The notes below the pieces were generated by a model. That model did not search any database and was not told the DNA's origin. It saw only the letters and a program-made list of their open reading frames with translations. Below, piece by piece: positions 1 through 13,000 of a stretch of DNA of 64,000 nt (the stretch's first letter is position 1; each line of letters opens with the position of its first letter). This stretch comes from Daphnia carinata (Eukaryota): contig NC_081331.1 in assembly GCF_022539665.2 (NCBI RefSeq), positions 11,098,001-11,162,000 of the forward strand. The letters run 5' to 3'. Made by a program: the position numbers and the translations under genes.

Positions 1-145
1 AAGTCTGCTCTCTGTCGCAGGAATTCATTTAGGGATAAATCCTGAAGTACCAAGAATATTAATAAGGTAGACTCCTGGTAATAAAAAAAAGGGCTTCCCG
101 TTTAATTTATATCAGCACCTCTCGTTTTCATGAACTAATATTGCT

Positions 146-2529
146 ATGGAAGAGGCAATCGTTTCTTTGAAAAAGAATGGTTGGTATGTCAAGTAACGTG
201 TTCGAAATCCTACTATTAAAATGTGAGATTAATTTTTTTTTTCGGTTTGCAAAGGCATGTTTCCTTAGAGAAAATTAAAACGCAATTCAGTTATTACGAA
301 TCAGAAAGCAGCGGGGAAAAACGTTTTCTAAGAGACCCAGAGGCATGTATTGATGAAAAATTTATGAGTTTCCCTAGCATAATACAAAACTTTATTTACA
401 GAAATGGCTACTTGATGAAGACTTAAAAAATATAGCAATTTCAGTTTTGCCAGATGGAATCAATTCTGGTAAAATTACCCAGGTGATAATTAACTTTACA
501 GTGTAGATTACAATGTAAAACTAATTTTTGCCAACTTTCTCTCTCACTTTCAGATTTCAACACCAATTGTTTTGCAAATAAAGAATGTTACAATTATTTC
601 TGCCCCCAAGCAAAATGTTGATTCTGAGGCAGCTCCTCGCATGTTAAAAATTGCCCTAAGTGATGGGAAAACTATTTGTCATGGTGTAGAGTTTGAACAC
701 ATCCCCAAAATAAGGTTATACGATTATAACTTAATTCCCAATAGAAAATTATAACAAATCTTTTTATGGCTGTTTTTACAGTTTAGTAACACCTCCTGGA
801 TCAAAAATCCGGCTAATAAAAGATGTCAAACTCTGGAACGGGTTCATCCTTCTTGATGCCAAAAATTTCCATTATATAGGTGGGGAAGTGCCTGACTTAA
901 TTGAAGAGTGGAAAGTCCAGCAGGTAATTGAAAACATAAATTTTAGGTCTAAATGAAACTGGACCAACATTAATACTTTCATTTCTAAATTGGATTGCAG
1001 TTGCTACTTGGCCACGTTAGGTCACAAGACCAAGATGGTCCACCTCCTTGGGTTCCTTTCGGTCGCAGAATTCAACCTCTCAACATCCTTGATGGCCAAG
1101 ACAAAAAGACATTAGAGGAAAAGGAAAAAGTCGTCAAAGATGAAGAGTTTCTTAGCCAGAGGCAGGACGCTATTGCGGCTGCAGCTGACGCCAGCGGTGT
1201 AACAAAAGTGATCAAGGGTTCTGGACGCCAAGTAATTCCACTGTTACACGCAAATCGTGTTTTGCTCTATTCATTATTACAATTTGTTTCTTTTATTCCT
1301 CTTAGCTGGAAATGCAACAAGTTGAGAGAAGAGGTCGTGGCCGAGAGCGTCGTGAGAGAACATCTTACCGAGATGATGAACGTTCTGCGAAAGCCCCAGA
1401 TTCGATCCGCCTTTTTGAATTTTTGCAACCGCAAATTAGTGAAAAGCCAAAAGAGGAAGATAATGCAGACTATCCTGATCAAGATGATTATGATGGAGAG
1501 GAACAAGAAGACCGACCCAGTTGGGAACGTGACAATGTGTACCGCCGTCCTGATCACGGGAGATCTGGAGGAGAGCAATCGTATACTCGAGGAAGAGGAT
1601 CATTTCAAGATCGCAATGATAGCAATGGCAGAGGACGCAGAGGATCTCATCGTGTACGAGGGGGCTCCTATCATGATGATTCATCGTATCAAGACAGAAG
1701 AGGAGCATATCGTGGAAGAGGAAGATCCAATCAAGACGATTCGTATAGAGGCAGTGGAGAATCCCGCCGTGATCGAGACTCACATCAAGATAGAGACTGG
1801 AGAGGAGTCTCGGCAGGAACAAGTTCTCGAGGTCGAGGAAGCTCTAACTTTGATCAAGAACAATCTTACCGTGGCAGAGGACAGTCGTACCGGGATAACA
1901 GGGGCTACTCTCGAAGAGGAAGAGGATCTCATCGAGATATCGAAGATTCGTATTCAAATCACAGAAGCTCCAATAGGGATCACTATCCTTCCAGCAGAAG
2001 TCCAGTTGATGTTCTAGTTGAAGACTTTAAAGCCTGGCCTGGATTGGAAACGAAACCTGCTGCTCCTCAACTTCCAGTGCAAGTAGAAATTCGTTCAGCA
2101 GCCCCCAAATCACAGGAACAATGGATGGTGGATGATTACTGTCTGGCCAAATGGGAATCTAGCGATAAGGTATAATCAACAAGCGAATTCAAGCCATTAA
2201 CGACCTCAATTTTTAAAACAATGGTTTTCATTTTTGTAGCATTATCCAGCCGTCATCCAGCAGTTGCATCCTGCCCGTAAATCCGCAACAGTCTTATTCA
2301 TCGAATCAGGTATATACGACGTTTCTTCATCTTCCCTCATAATCAATATTCGTAAATTAATTTGGGGTTGTATGTAGGTGCTACACGGATCGTAGAGACA
2401 AAATATCTTCGTCGCGACCCACAAGATACAGGAAATGGGCCATCGGTTCCCAGTCAGCCCAGAGGCGGTCAAACGACACGGATCTATACGCCTCGCAATC
2501 GTGGAGCCACATATCGAGGAGGTTGGTAA
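146..2529 (+). CDS. TDRD3: Tudor domain-containing protein 3 (OB-fold N-terminus, RG/RS-rich middle, C-terminal Tudor domain); multi-exon
   Basis: ATG at 146. Spliced exons give LQIKNVTIISAPKQN...APRMLKIALSDGKTICHGVEFE and TPPGSKIRL (RMI1/TDRD3-type OB fold), then GPPPWVPFG, RLFEFL, a long RG-rich tract (1312-2010) and Tudor-like WMVDDYCLAKWESSDK|HYPAVI. TAA at 2527-2529. Confidence 0.88.
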
Positions 2530-2878
2530 TAAAAAAAAAACGTGTCGCAAAACAGGCGTGTATTTATCTCTACCGTCACCCGTTGTCATTTGAAACAGCG
2601 TTTATGTATAATTGGTACCTACGCATTACAAGTGACACGTCAATTTAAAAAAAAAAGGAACAAACGAAGAAGAATCATTTTCAAATGGAAAAATAAATAG
2701 TAATAGGCATTCTAGAAAGCCTAGATGGATTGTCAAAAATCAATTCAAGTTTTAGAGACTTAAAAAAAACACAATTTTCACTATGATCGTAATGTCGCTG
2801 AACAACAAAATATGTACAGTATTATTATTATCTTTTTTTTTTCTTTTTCTTTCTTTTTTTTTTTACTCGATGGTTCAA

Positions 2879-4606
2879 CTAAACGCACAAGAGCTTATTG
2901 AAGACGACGTCTGCTTGGCTGGCGTCGGAAGAAGGAAGTAGGTCAAAGTCTACGACCAGCGAAAAGTGATCGGACGGATATTGGAAGGAAGGAACGCGAT
3001 CGGGACCGATTTGCTCTCCAGTGGGGAAAGGTAACACCTGGCCGACGCTTAGTTGCCGCCGACTGAAGAAGACGTAATCGATCGTGTGACAGCACTCGCC
3101 TTCGCCGCGCACTTTCCACGTCGTGTAAGGAGGCTCTTGTCCAGCATCTGCGGCGCCTTGGACGATTCCATCGCATCGATAAGCCGAATCGAGTCCGAAA
3201 CGCGGGTCAGATCGGATAGTGGAATAGACAGGCTCAGTCGGCTCAGCGTTAAAATCTCCCGCTATAATGACGGGGCAATCGGCTCCATCGATGTTGTTCT
3301 CCAGGAAGTCGAGGATGTCTTTTCCCTGTTCGTTGCGCAGCGTCGACAGTAGGGCACCTTGCCTGGCCTTGAGGTGCGTTGTAGCAACGCAAATCTGTCG
3401 GTCAGTGGCTTTATGCCGCAGCATGGTCAAGATAACCACCTTTTGTTTTTGTTATTTTCATAATGAAAATGAAAGTGAGTTTCTCCGTAAAAATGTCTGG
3501 GTTGATATGCCTCGACGTTTTACCTGATTACTTTGAACGCGCCAGACTTCCACGATCCGAGTTTCCACTTTGATCAGTTCATAATCATTGACGCGATAAA
3601 AGATAGCACATCCATCAGGACCATTGTTACCCTTGATGTAAATGCATGGAGAATCCGGTTTAGGAAAGTAGATACCCTCGTATCCCTGAGTGCGCAAGGC
3701 CCTCGATAGAAACTGGTAATGGTCGACTTCCTACATCAAATTCGATTTGGAAAAAAACGTAACCGGTTAGTTGCCGACTATGGGATTGAATAACAAACAG
3801 TTGAATATGGGAAACCATAACTACCTGTAGGCAAATAATATCAGCATTGTATTCAATAATTTCTTCGAGAATGCGATAGCGCCGAGTACGCCAATCGAGA
3901 GCTTCCAGCGGGCAGCAGACGAAATTATCGTTATGTTCTCCTAGCGCTTTTTTTTTGGAGAGAGAGAAATTAATGTCATTAAAATTGCGGCTGCGGGAAA
4001 GAAATAGTGAAATTGAAAAAAAAAAATGCTTACATTGCGATAGAATGTTCCACTGGAGTAAGCGGATACTATTGACCGGTTTTTCAGAAGGGAAATTGCG
4101 TTCGATCCTGGGCGGAAGAGCGGCCAATTCTTTGCGGCAGCGTTGCTTCATATCCTCGACCGTGCGGATGCCTTCAAAGTCGACGTCGTCGTCCTGGACG
4201 TCATCGTTGACCATTTTGGGCGCCGAGGTGAAACTACCCATTCTGAAATTCGACAAAAAAAGACATAGTCACGTAGACTGTCAACGAAGGTCGAAAACAT
4301 GCGACAAAATATCCAAGGCTGATTAAATAATGTACTAGATGCATTTCCTATAAAAACAACAACATAGAAACAGAAAAGATAATGTAGTCTCGTGACTTTT
4401 TTGTGGACAAATCAGTAAGGCAAACAGGAAGCATTTGTTCTAGGTTTTTATCCATATAAAGAGCCGTGACGATAGCTGTCCTTAGTTAATAATTCGCAGC
4501 CATATATTGAAGAAAGGAAAACAACACATCCAAATCAATGTGGAATTTTGCAAAAATTTCTTGCGCAATCGATTTATCTGTGCTATTGCCGACTGAGAGT
4601 GTAGGT

Positions 4607-4643
<37 letters not shown>

Positions 4644-5467
4644 TGCGGAAACGGGGAAAAAAAAAGGAATTTCACTTGAAAATTTCCCTTTGGTTTTTTC
4701 TTTGTCGGATTTCTCTCGTGAAAAGAAGCCACTACGACCGTCAGAACTGAATCCGCTTTTCCTTTTTCTCTCTTTGCACGAGATTCGGAATAGAGACGCG
4801 CTTCTACTTGACATGAATTCAGGAGAGAAGGAAAGAGAACTCATGAAAATGATGCCTCATTTTGTTTCTTCGTACTGATTACTTCACAGCAAAATCTGGG
4901 CTAGCAGAATCCTCTCACATAAAAGAAAAAGTTAATTCATGTTCTTCTTTCATTCCCCCCTCCGTTATTTCAAGCCACGAAAATAGGAGGCCCATATCGC
5001 ACTAATTTTCATTCAGGATATGCAAGCAACAAAAACTTTCCCTTTAATTAAAGCGATTCCACACAATTCTGCACCCATCTGTCGTCACCGGTACTTTTGG
5101 CGGGCGTGTGATTATCGTGACGCAACCAAGACGGACGTGCCTGTCATTCTTTTGTTTTCCCCCTCTCTCGTTATTTTTGCGGGGATGGCGGTACCTACGT
5201 AATGTATCAAACGGAAGGTGTAGCTTCTAACCTGACCAAATAGAGGAGTAGTTGTTTAGGAGGAACGTAAGTACGAGGCGTTTCCTCTCCTTCGTTGTTA
5301 TTGTTGGCGTCCAGCTGTTGCAATTGATGAGCGCGGCTCTTGTTGCTCGTCATCGACGCCTTGGCCAATTGTTCAGCCAATGCGAGCGATTCTCGCATTT
5401 CGCGCATATTGAAAACGGCGGGAGCAGCCGGTGGCGGCATACCCGCATTGCTTCCGGTCGAACTCAT
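2879..5467 (-). CDS. NOCT: Nocturnin/Curled, EEP-family NADP(H) phosphatase; multi-exon
   Basis: Exon 1 ...PPKQLLLYLVR is spliced in phase 2 to MGSFTSAPK. EEP motifs LLQWNILSQ, ADIICLQEVDH, GPDGCAIFY, TTHLKA, GDFNAEP, TIDYVFFS and YPSDHFSL are present. Confidence 0.93.
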
Positions 5468-5793
5468 TTCCCCCCCAGCAATCGAAAAGAGAATCTTCTT
5501 AATCTTTGTCCTCTATTCGATGGATACCTCCCTCCGGTAAGAAAAAAAAAACACTTGGGGAGTCACGTAATAAGCCGGCAAAAAGTGGACCAGAAGAGAA
5601 TACAACGGAAACACTTTGGTGGGTCGCCAGCCTTTTTGTAACGGCGGGTCAATCGATTAGACAACGTGTGTGTGTTGGTCGATGACGCACAACGATCTGA
5701 GGAACGGCAGACTGGGGCAGGGAGCGAGGAAAGAATCAACCGGCTCTGCTGATGAAGGCACTACAATGAAGAGCTACAGACGATTGCCCGTCC

Positions 5794-7456
5794 TTTTTAT
5801 GGGCTCCGGCTATACCGGCCCTCTCTACATTATTCCAATGCTACACCACCTTCTCTCTCTCTCTCTTTTTTCTTTATCGTGTTTTTTTTTTTTTTTAAAC
5901 TTCTAGCGCGCTGAACAAATTGTTCAAAGACATACAAAAAAGAGCAAAGTAAGGAGGTGGGTGGTTTACGAAGAAAAAAATCGGAGCTGATTCCAAACCA
6001 AATGGGCCGTCCGTCGTAGCAGTTTTTTTCAAACACCACCCTCTGTCCTCTTATTGGTGGTAGAAGAGCGACAGAGAGGGGAGGGGGGGAGGATTGTTTT
6101 TCTTTCGTTGACGACAATCCCAGTGCGGTGGGTGCGTGAGCACGTGGCCTTCAAGACGGCCGCTGCCTCAGTCAAGGAAATGACCTACGGGGTGTACTCA
6201 ACCTACTGGTGGTAAACAAAGAACCATTTTTTTTTCTTCTTCTTCTTGTGTGGATGGAGGAAGACAAACAACCCACAAAGGGAAAGAAAAAAAGGGACAC
6301 GTCCTATTGATTCAAGAAAGAAAGAAAAAATCTAGGTGAATTGAGAGCTTTTGCATCCATGGGATGCGGATGTGTAGGAAGCCACAGACTTGCGAGGGGA
6401 TTTGAAATAGACATCGTGATAGACTATTTGATCATGTGCAACCAACGGTTAGACTCTAGCTATTATATTATATAGCCTTGATCTAGTTGAGCCGACGTCT
6501 TTCACTTGTTTTCTGACGCACGTGCTCACGGCGGAATCACGTTACAACGAAAAAGAGCGGAATCGGCTTTAAAAAATATTTCGCACACTTGACTGTTTCT
6601 GTAATTGATGGCTTTTTTTTTTCTTTTATGTTCTCAGGAAAACAAAGAAATGACGAGGGTCTTTCATCTGGATTTAGAACGAGTCTACAACAAAAAAAGA
6701 TGGAAGGCCGTTCCAGCCGATGAAATCAACCCTGACCCCACCGATGGCTTCAAAAGACTTATCCATCAATTGGTTCGCGGTGGCAGCTAATTACAAATGT
6801 CGACATCTTCCGGTAATTTGAATTTTGTTTAAACCTTGAAGAGTAGATGTGGAACACAGCAGGTGTTGTCCTTTGATTAAGAAAAAATACGTGAACATAT
6901 TTAAATGACGTTTGCCACATTAGAATCCGTACTCTGAAAACCCAACGTGATTCAGCAGTATTTTTTGATTGTTATATTTGGTTTCGTTCGTCACCACACC
7001 TGAACGTCCTTGAACCCTTTTGCGCAATATGTGGCTTTAGAAAATGCATTCACGCGTTTAACGGGGATTGACGGGAGTTTAAAAAAAATATCGGAAAATT
7101 GACACGTTTTCACGACGTACGCGGAAATTTAGCTCGCGTGACAACGGCCTTTGACTAAGGTGATTCCAGGGTCACCCAAAGTTTATTTTTTTTTTGTTCC
7201 AGTGAAAAAAAGAAATAGCAGGGGATTCCCTTTAGAGTTCCGTATGACCAGAAATGAGAACACCCAAGAGCCATAGTGAAAGGAAATTTAGGTAACGTGG
7301 CCAAAAAAAACATTGCCGATTCGTTTTTGAATCGCTTTTTATTGACATCGCTCTCCGAAAATGGAAATAAAACTCTGAATTTTTGGAAGCTTTTGTTTTT
7401 TTCCCCCCACGCAACCGGATTCGATGGAAATAATGGAAAACAATTACGTGACGTCA
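5794..7456 (-). promoter_or_regulatory. Putative nocturnin upstream regulatory region (TATA-like box, E-boxes, CRE)
   Basis: CATAAAAA on the minus strand at 5794-5801, CACGTG at 6141-6146 and 6519-6524, TGACGTCA at 7449-7456. Confidence 0.35.
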
Positions 7457-10008
7457 GTCCCATTTCCCGATGTCATTAAGTTTCAGAGACTCACCACAGA
7501 GAGTTGAACAATTCACAATTGTTTTTCTAAAGGATTTTCGTGCGCAGTCCGTGACCCACTTTTTTGTTGTTTTTTTTTATTCCCCCCCTTTTTTTTTTTT
7601 AAATCAAGATTTCAGATTGTTATCTGTTTCACTTCCGTTTTCATTAACACAGGTATATTTCCGAAACCGGTACTACTTTTCATTTCATCCTGTAAAATAA
7701 ACTGACATCGACTGTGCAGAGTTAGCAATCGGGTAATGGGATCATCGTTAGAGGGCAAAGAAAGGCGGCGAACGCTCATGCGCAGTTTTTACCACGTTTA
7801 AGCAAATTTTACTTTTAGCAGCTGATAGGCGTTCAAATGTCACGATCCCAACAATCGATTGAGGCCGTTGCTGCGCTCCCGCCAGTTAATTCAATCGTCA
7901 AATCGTGCTCGGTGGGAACACTGCTGACCCGATTTCGCTAATCACCTCGAACGATGAACGACGGAGAGTTTGTGAATAAGCGTAGCATCAACCTTGACGC
8001 GTAAACAATTCAAAACCGCAATAGCTTTTTATTGTACTTGCGACTTCTTATTATGATTTTTTGTTTTATTGTTTGCTGATTACGTGCGGATCGAGTCATT
8101 CATCAAGTGACTCACTTGAGTGAACGTGATTCTTCAGCAAATAAAACGTCGCTTTTTGTTTCCTAAACACGATAGGACGACATGGAAAACCCCAATGCGG
8201 TCTCCTATTTCTTTCGTTTCAAGCGTGACCCACTACGTACATTTCTACCCCTCGAATTTCACGGGCCAAGGACAGAGTTGACGAAACCGACAAAATGTTT
8301 TTAACCAAAAAAAAAAAAAAAAGGTAAAAATTCAACAAAGAAATGAAACCTGGTATTTAGAAGAAAAATATATCTAGCCTTGGCCAGGTATCTACAGTAG
8401 CAATGGAATACATAGGGGGCCCTCGGATAAACACAGTAGGCAGAGGACGAGCTATTAGGTACCAGTCTGTCTACGCATATTGTTGACCAGTGACCAGCAA
8501 ACAGCACATTCGTGTGCGCATGGGCCCAGCTGTTGCCGCACGACTGGTCACGGACGTTGCTCAGCTGAAAACGTTTTACGGTTGATTTCTGGTGGTTCTT
8601 TTAAGTAGGCGAATGACTGGCCTCGAACCCCATTTCCATATTAGTGGGATTATATTTGAATAATGGGGCTCTTTCAAAAGGCTGAAACATCAAAAGGAGG
8701 GAAAGGAGGAAACGAGGATGTTTTATTTAAAAGAAAAAAGAGTGGCTATTAAGGATGATAGATTCCTTTTTTTTTCGTATTTATTAACAAAACAAAGGGA
8801 TTCTTTTAGAAATCCGGTATTTAAAAATTCTTTTAAAATAGAGGGAAAAAAAATCGGTCAAGGGAATCTGAATGCACGTTCACTCTCGGTAGTTTGTTTT
8901 TCTTCTACTGGGGGGAATTTTTTATGACTCTTGGGGTGAGATTCGACTACCAGAACAAACGGTTTCAACGCAACCTTCACGAACGATTTCATAATCCTAC
9001 GTTACAGGCAGTTAAACGGTAATATCCAGTGCATGGTATCCTCCTTCAAGGTCTTTAATTCGCGTGTTCTTATTTGAATGCATCTGGATCACCATGTTAT
9101 TGATTGATCAACGCTATTCGTGACCGTACGCCTAAGAACAAAACGGTGTAGGAGAAAAGAGAAGGTCGCGACTGAATTCGAATAGGGCGCCTATATCAAA
9201 TCCCCCTCCAGCAGAGCCCCTGACGGAATTATTTTGCAAACTGAAAACGGGGTATAGCCTCCAAATGACAAACTGAAATTCCATCGATCAAACACAATAA
9301 TTTGGAAACCGATTGCAAATGTCCAATAACCACGATAATGTGGGAGATCCGTGTACGTGTACGAACCATAAGGAAAACAAGGATAATTAAATGGCAGAAA
9401 TGTACTTGCTTGGCCCCGAAGGCGACGTCCTTCCCCCAGATTTTTTCAGACGACGATTTTCAATGATTGCCGTGAAGCCTTCAATACATCAACTTTTAGA
9501 GTTTTGCTTAGATAATGTGTACACGATGTAATGATCAAGAAGAAGAAAGGAACTAATTTATGCACTAAGCAATTTTTTATTCTATGGAAGAAGAGGGAAC
9601 ACCACGTTTTTGTTCTCCCCTATACTGAACAACTGCCTACTGCTGCAGGATACGTCTTGTGTGGAGAGGGGAACAGCTGATCGACAGCGAGAGCCTGTTG
9701 ACGATAAGCTGCTCATTCAGTTTGCCGTTTACCATCTGGATTCAACTCTGCTACCCAGGTATCTTATTTGCTCTGTAGATTAGCATTCGTAGTACACCGT
9801 CACAGGGTTAGTTTTTTTTATTCAGTTTTACTTTTAATTTAGTTGTTTTCGGTTGAAAATCCACGGCAGTTAAACTCGTTTACACCAGCAGCTGTCACCG
9901 CGGTGTTTGACTTTGGGTTCACTCTTTTCATTTGCTCTCTCAGTTCACTTATTTACTATTAGCTTAATGAATGTTGTTTGTGTGGTAATATTTTACTGTT
10001 GAGCTTGT

Positions 10009-13000
10009 ATGGAAAATACTCCCTTAAAGACCAACCGCATGCCTTACTTCAATCGATACAAGGCCATGGGTAGACAAGTAAGTATTTAGCTGTCACCTTC
10101 AGGCACCATCAGCTCATGCATGTCCTTACTATTCCAATGTGACGTCTTTTCTTGCAGGATCTTGAAGAGTCTCAGAGACTGAGAAGAGAGTCAGAGAGCT
10201 CAGAAAACCCAGAGCATGACTGCATCAGCCTAGATATTCAAAGTCATCCTGAACGAACCAACATGCCTTCACCTGGTTAGTGCTATATCCCATCATTCAG
10301 TCTTGATTCTATTTAAATCCAATTTTTTATTATTTTTTTAAAATTCCAAGTAATGGGAGAAAGTGAGGACATTCCTGGATTAGGGCAATATGATGATTTT
10401 CAGACTATAGACTGGCAAAGGGATCTAGCTAGAGATCGAATGAGGCATCGCTATATAGTGAAACACAAGAGAGACTCTGTTTGGGATTTTATTAAAGCTG
10501 CCCATGATGCATGGTCAGGTTGGCTCTGTGTGTTTCTAGTTGGTTTGGTTGCTGGTAAAAGTTTTCTGTTTCTATTCTTGTTTTATTTTTGCATTCCCTG
10601 AATTGTTTTTACCATGTAGGAACGGTTGCAAGTATAGTAGATATCGGGACAACGTGGATGACCGATTTGAAATATGGAATCTGTCCCGGCGCCTTTTGGC
10701 TGGATAGAGAACAATGCTGTTGGTCTTCCAATCAAACGGCTTTTGGCCTTGACAACTGCTCACAGGTTTTGATTTTCGTAACATGATTGTTCCTGTTTTA
10801 CGACAGATTTTTATCGATTTGTTTAGTGGTTGACGTGGCCCAGGCTTGTGGGAGTCACTGATGAAAGTGCAGGTGGTTATATCATCGCCTATATTTCGTA
10901 CGTGCTGTGGGCATTAAGTTTTGCCTCACTTGCCGCCATTCTTGTCCGTATGTTTGCTCCCTATGCTTCAGGCGGTGCCATTCCCGAGGTCAGTAATTCT
11001 ACCGCAATTTAGGTTGGTCAAAGCCCTCCAAGTTTTAATTGTGTCCAATAGATCAAAACGATCTTGAGTGGCTTCATCATCCGCGGCTTTTTAGGGAAAT
11101 GGACGTTACTTGTCAAATCTATTGGCATCATGCTGTCAGCTGCAGCCGGTCTTAGTCTCGGGAAAGAAGGACCTATGGTTCACATCACTGTTTGCATTGG
11201 TAACAACAAGGAATTCAATCATCTAAAAAGCTAATCCTCAATTCGGCTTTTCCTATCTAGGCAACATTCTGTCGTACCTCTTCCCAAAATATGGTCGAAA
11301 CGAAGCAAAGAAGCGAGAAATTTTATCGGCTGCAGCAGCGTCTGGCGTATCAGTCGCCTTCGGTGCACCAATCGGCGGCGTGCTTTTCAGCTTGGAAGAA
11401 GTACATAAACTCTTAAGATTTATTCCCATTTTTTTCCGCCATTCTTATGAACCTCTTATCACCTTGAACACAAAATGTTTTCTTTGCAAATTTAGGTCAG
11501 CTACTATTTTCCCATGAAAACGCTCTGGCGCTCGTTTTTTTGCGCTCTGATTGCTGCTTTCGTCGTCCGCTCTATTGATCCTTACGGCAACGAACATTCT
11601 GTTCTTTTCTACGTCGAGTACAGCAAACCGTGGATCTTTTTCGAATTGATTCCCTTTATCCTACTCGGTGCCATTGGAGTACGCTGTATTATTTAATCAT
11701 TTGAAAACAATCTTTAAAAAAAAAAAAAATTAATCTCATTTTGCATCGCCCTAGGGTTTAATTGGAACCGTGTTCATCCGAGCAAACATTTGGTGGTCGA
11801 GATATCGTAAACAGTCACGCATCGGACAATACCCTGTTACAGAAGTATTTGTTGTGACACTTATCAACGCGGTGGTTTCTTATCCCAATCCGTACACTCG
11901 TATGAGTTCCACGAGACTGATTTACCTTCTTTTCAGTCAGTGTGGGGTAGCCAATACGGACTATCTATGGTAAAGGACATTATCTCCATTTATTTGTTGC
12001 CTATGTGGCATGGTAAAACCTCAACTGTATATTTTCAAAATGATAGCGATTACAACCGGAATTACACAAATGTTAATGGAGCTATTGAGAGCGCCGCCGC
12101 CGGAACCGGCGTTTACACTGCCCTGGCCCTGCTTTTCCTCGCACTGGCCTTCAAAATCGTGATGACTATTTTCACTATCGGCATCAAAGTGCCCGCTGGA
12201 TTGTACATTCCGTCCCTCTGCATGGGGGCGATCGTTGGGCGTATCGTCGGCATCGCTATGGAGCAGTTGGCCTAGTAAGTGAAATTTGATGATTTCTTTT
12301 GTAGGAAGATCTAATGATTATTTCAATAACGTTCCCCTCTGTTACAGTCATTATCCTCAGTTCTGGGCCTTCAGGGGTGAATGTTCTACCGGAGATGATT
12401 GTATCACTCCCGGACTCTATGCGATGGTGGGAGCGGCTGCCGTTCTCGGCGGAGTAACTCGAATGACGGGTACGTTTTTTTATTTTTCGTCTTTCATTTC
12501 CTCTTTATATCTTTGAATTCCTGGGTGTAGTCTAAACATACTACAAATGCTGTTTTTTTTGTTTTGTTGTGTTTTTAGTGGCACTCGTCGTTATTATGTT
12601 TGAACTCACCGGGGGCGTTAGGTATATCGTCCCGCTGATGGCGGCAGCAATGGCCAGTAAATGGGTGGGCGATGCGTTCGGCAAAGATGGCATTTACGAT
12701 GCACATATCGCGCTCAACGGATACCCTTTCCTCGATAATAAAGAGGAGTTTGGCTGTACTACAATAGCTGCCGACGTGATGCAGCCTCGGTATTATATGT
12801 CATTACCCTAGTGTACTTTGTACGTGTATATTGTTTAACGGCCGGATCTTTTAAAATATTCTTTAGGGGGAAAGCTCCATTGACGGTCTTAACTCAAGAT
12901 TCCATGACACTACGCGAAGTAGTTAGCATTTTGGAAAACACGAAACACAATGCTTTTCCAGTCGTTATTTCCCGCGAGTCCCATTTCTTGGTCGGCTGTG

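Noticed and set aside
995..2017. 340-aa ORF overlapping the TDRD3 RG-rich exon in another frame
   Set aside because: Its first part is a true exon read through an intron. The rest is a stop-poor shadow of purine-rich Arg/Gly/Asp codons with no recognisable domain.
7938..7988. Minus-strand MLRLFTNSPSFIVR as a mitochondrial-targeting first exon for nocturnin
   Set aside because: Its donor (CGAG|gtgatt) is phase 1, but nocturnin exon 2 needs phase 2, and I found no bridging exon.
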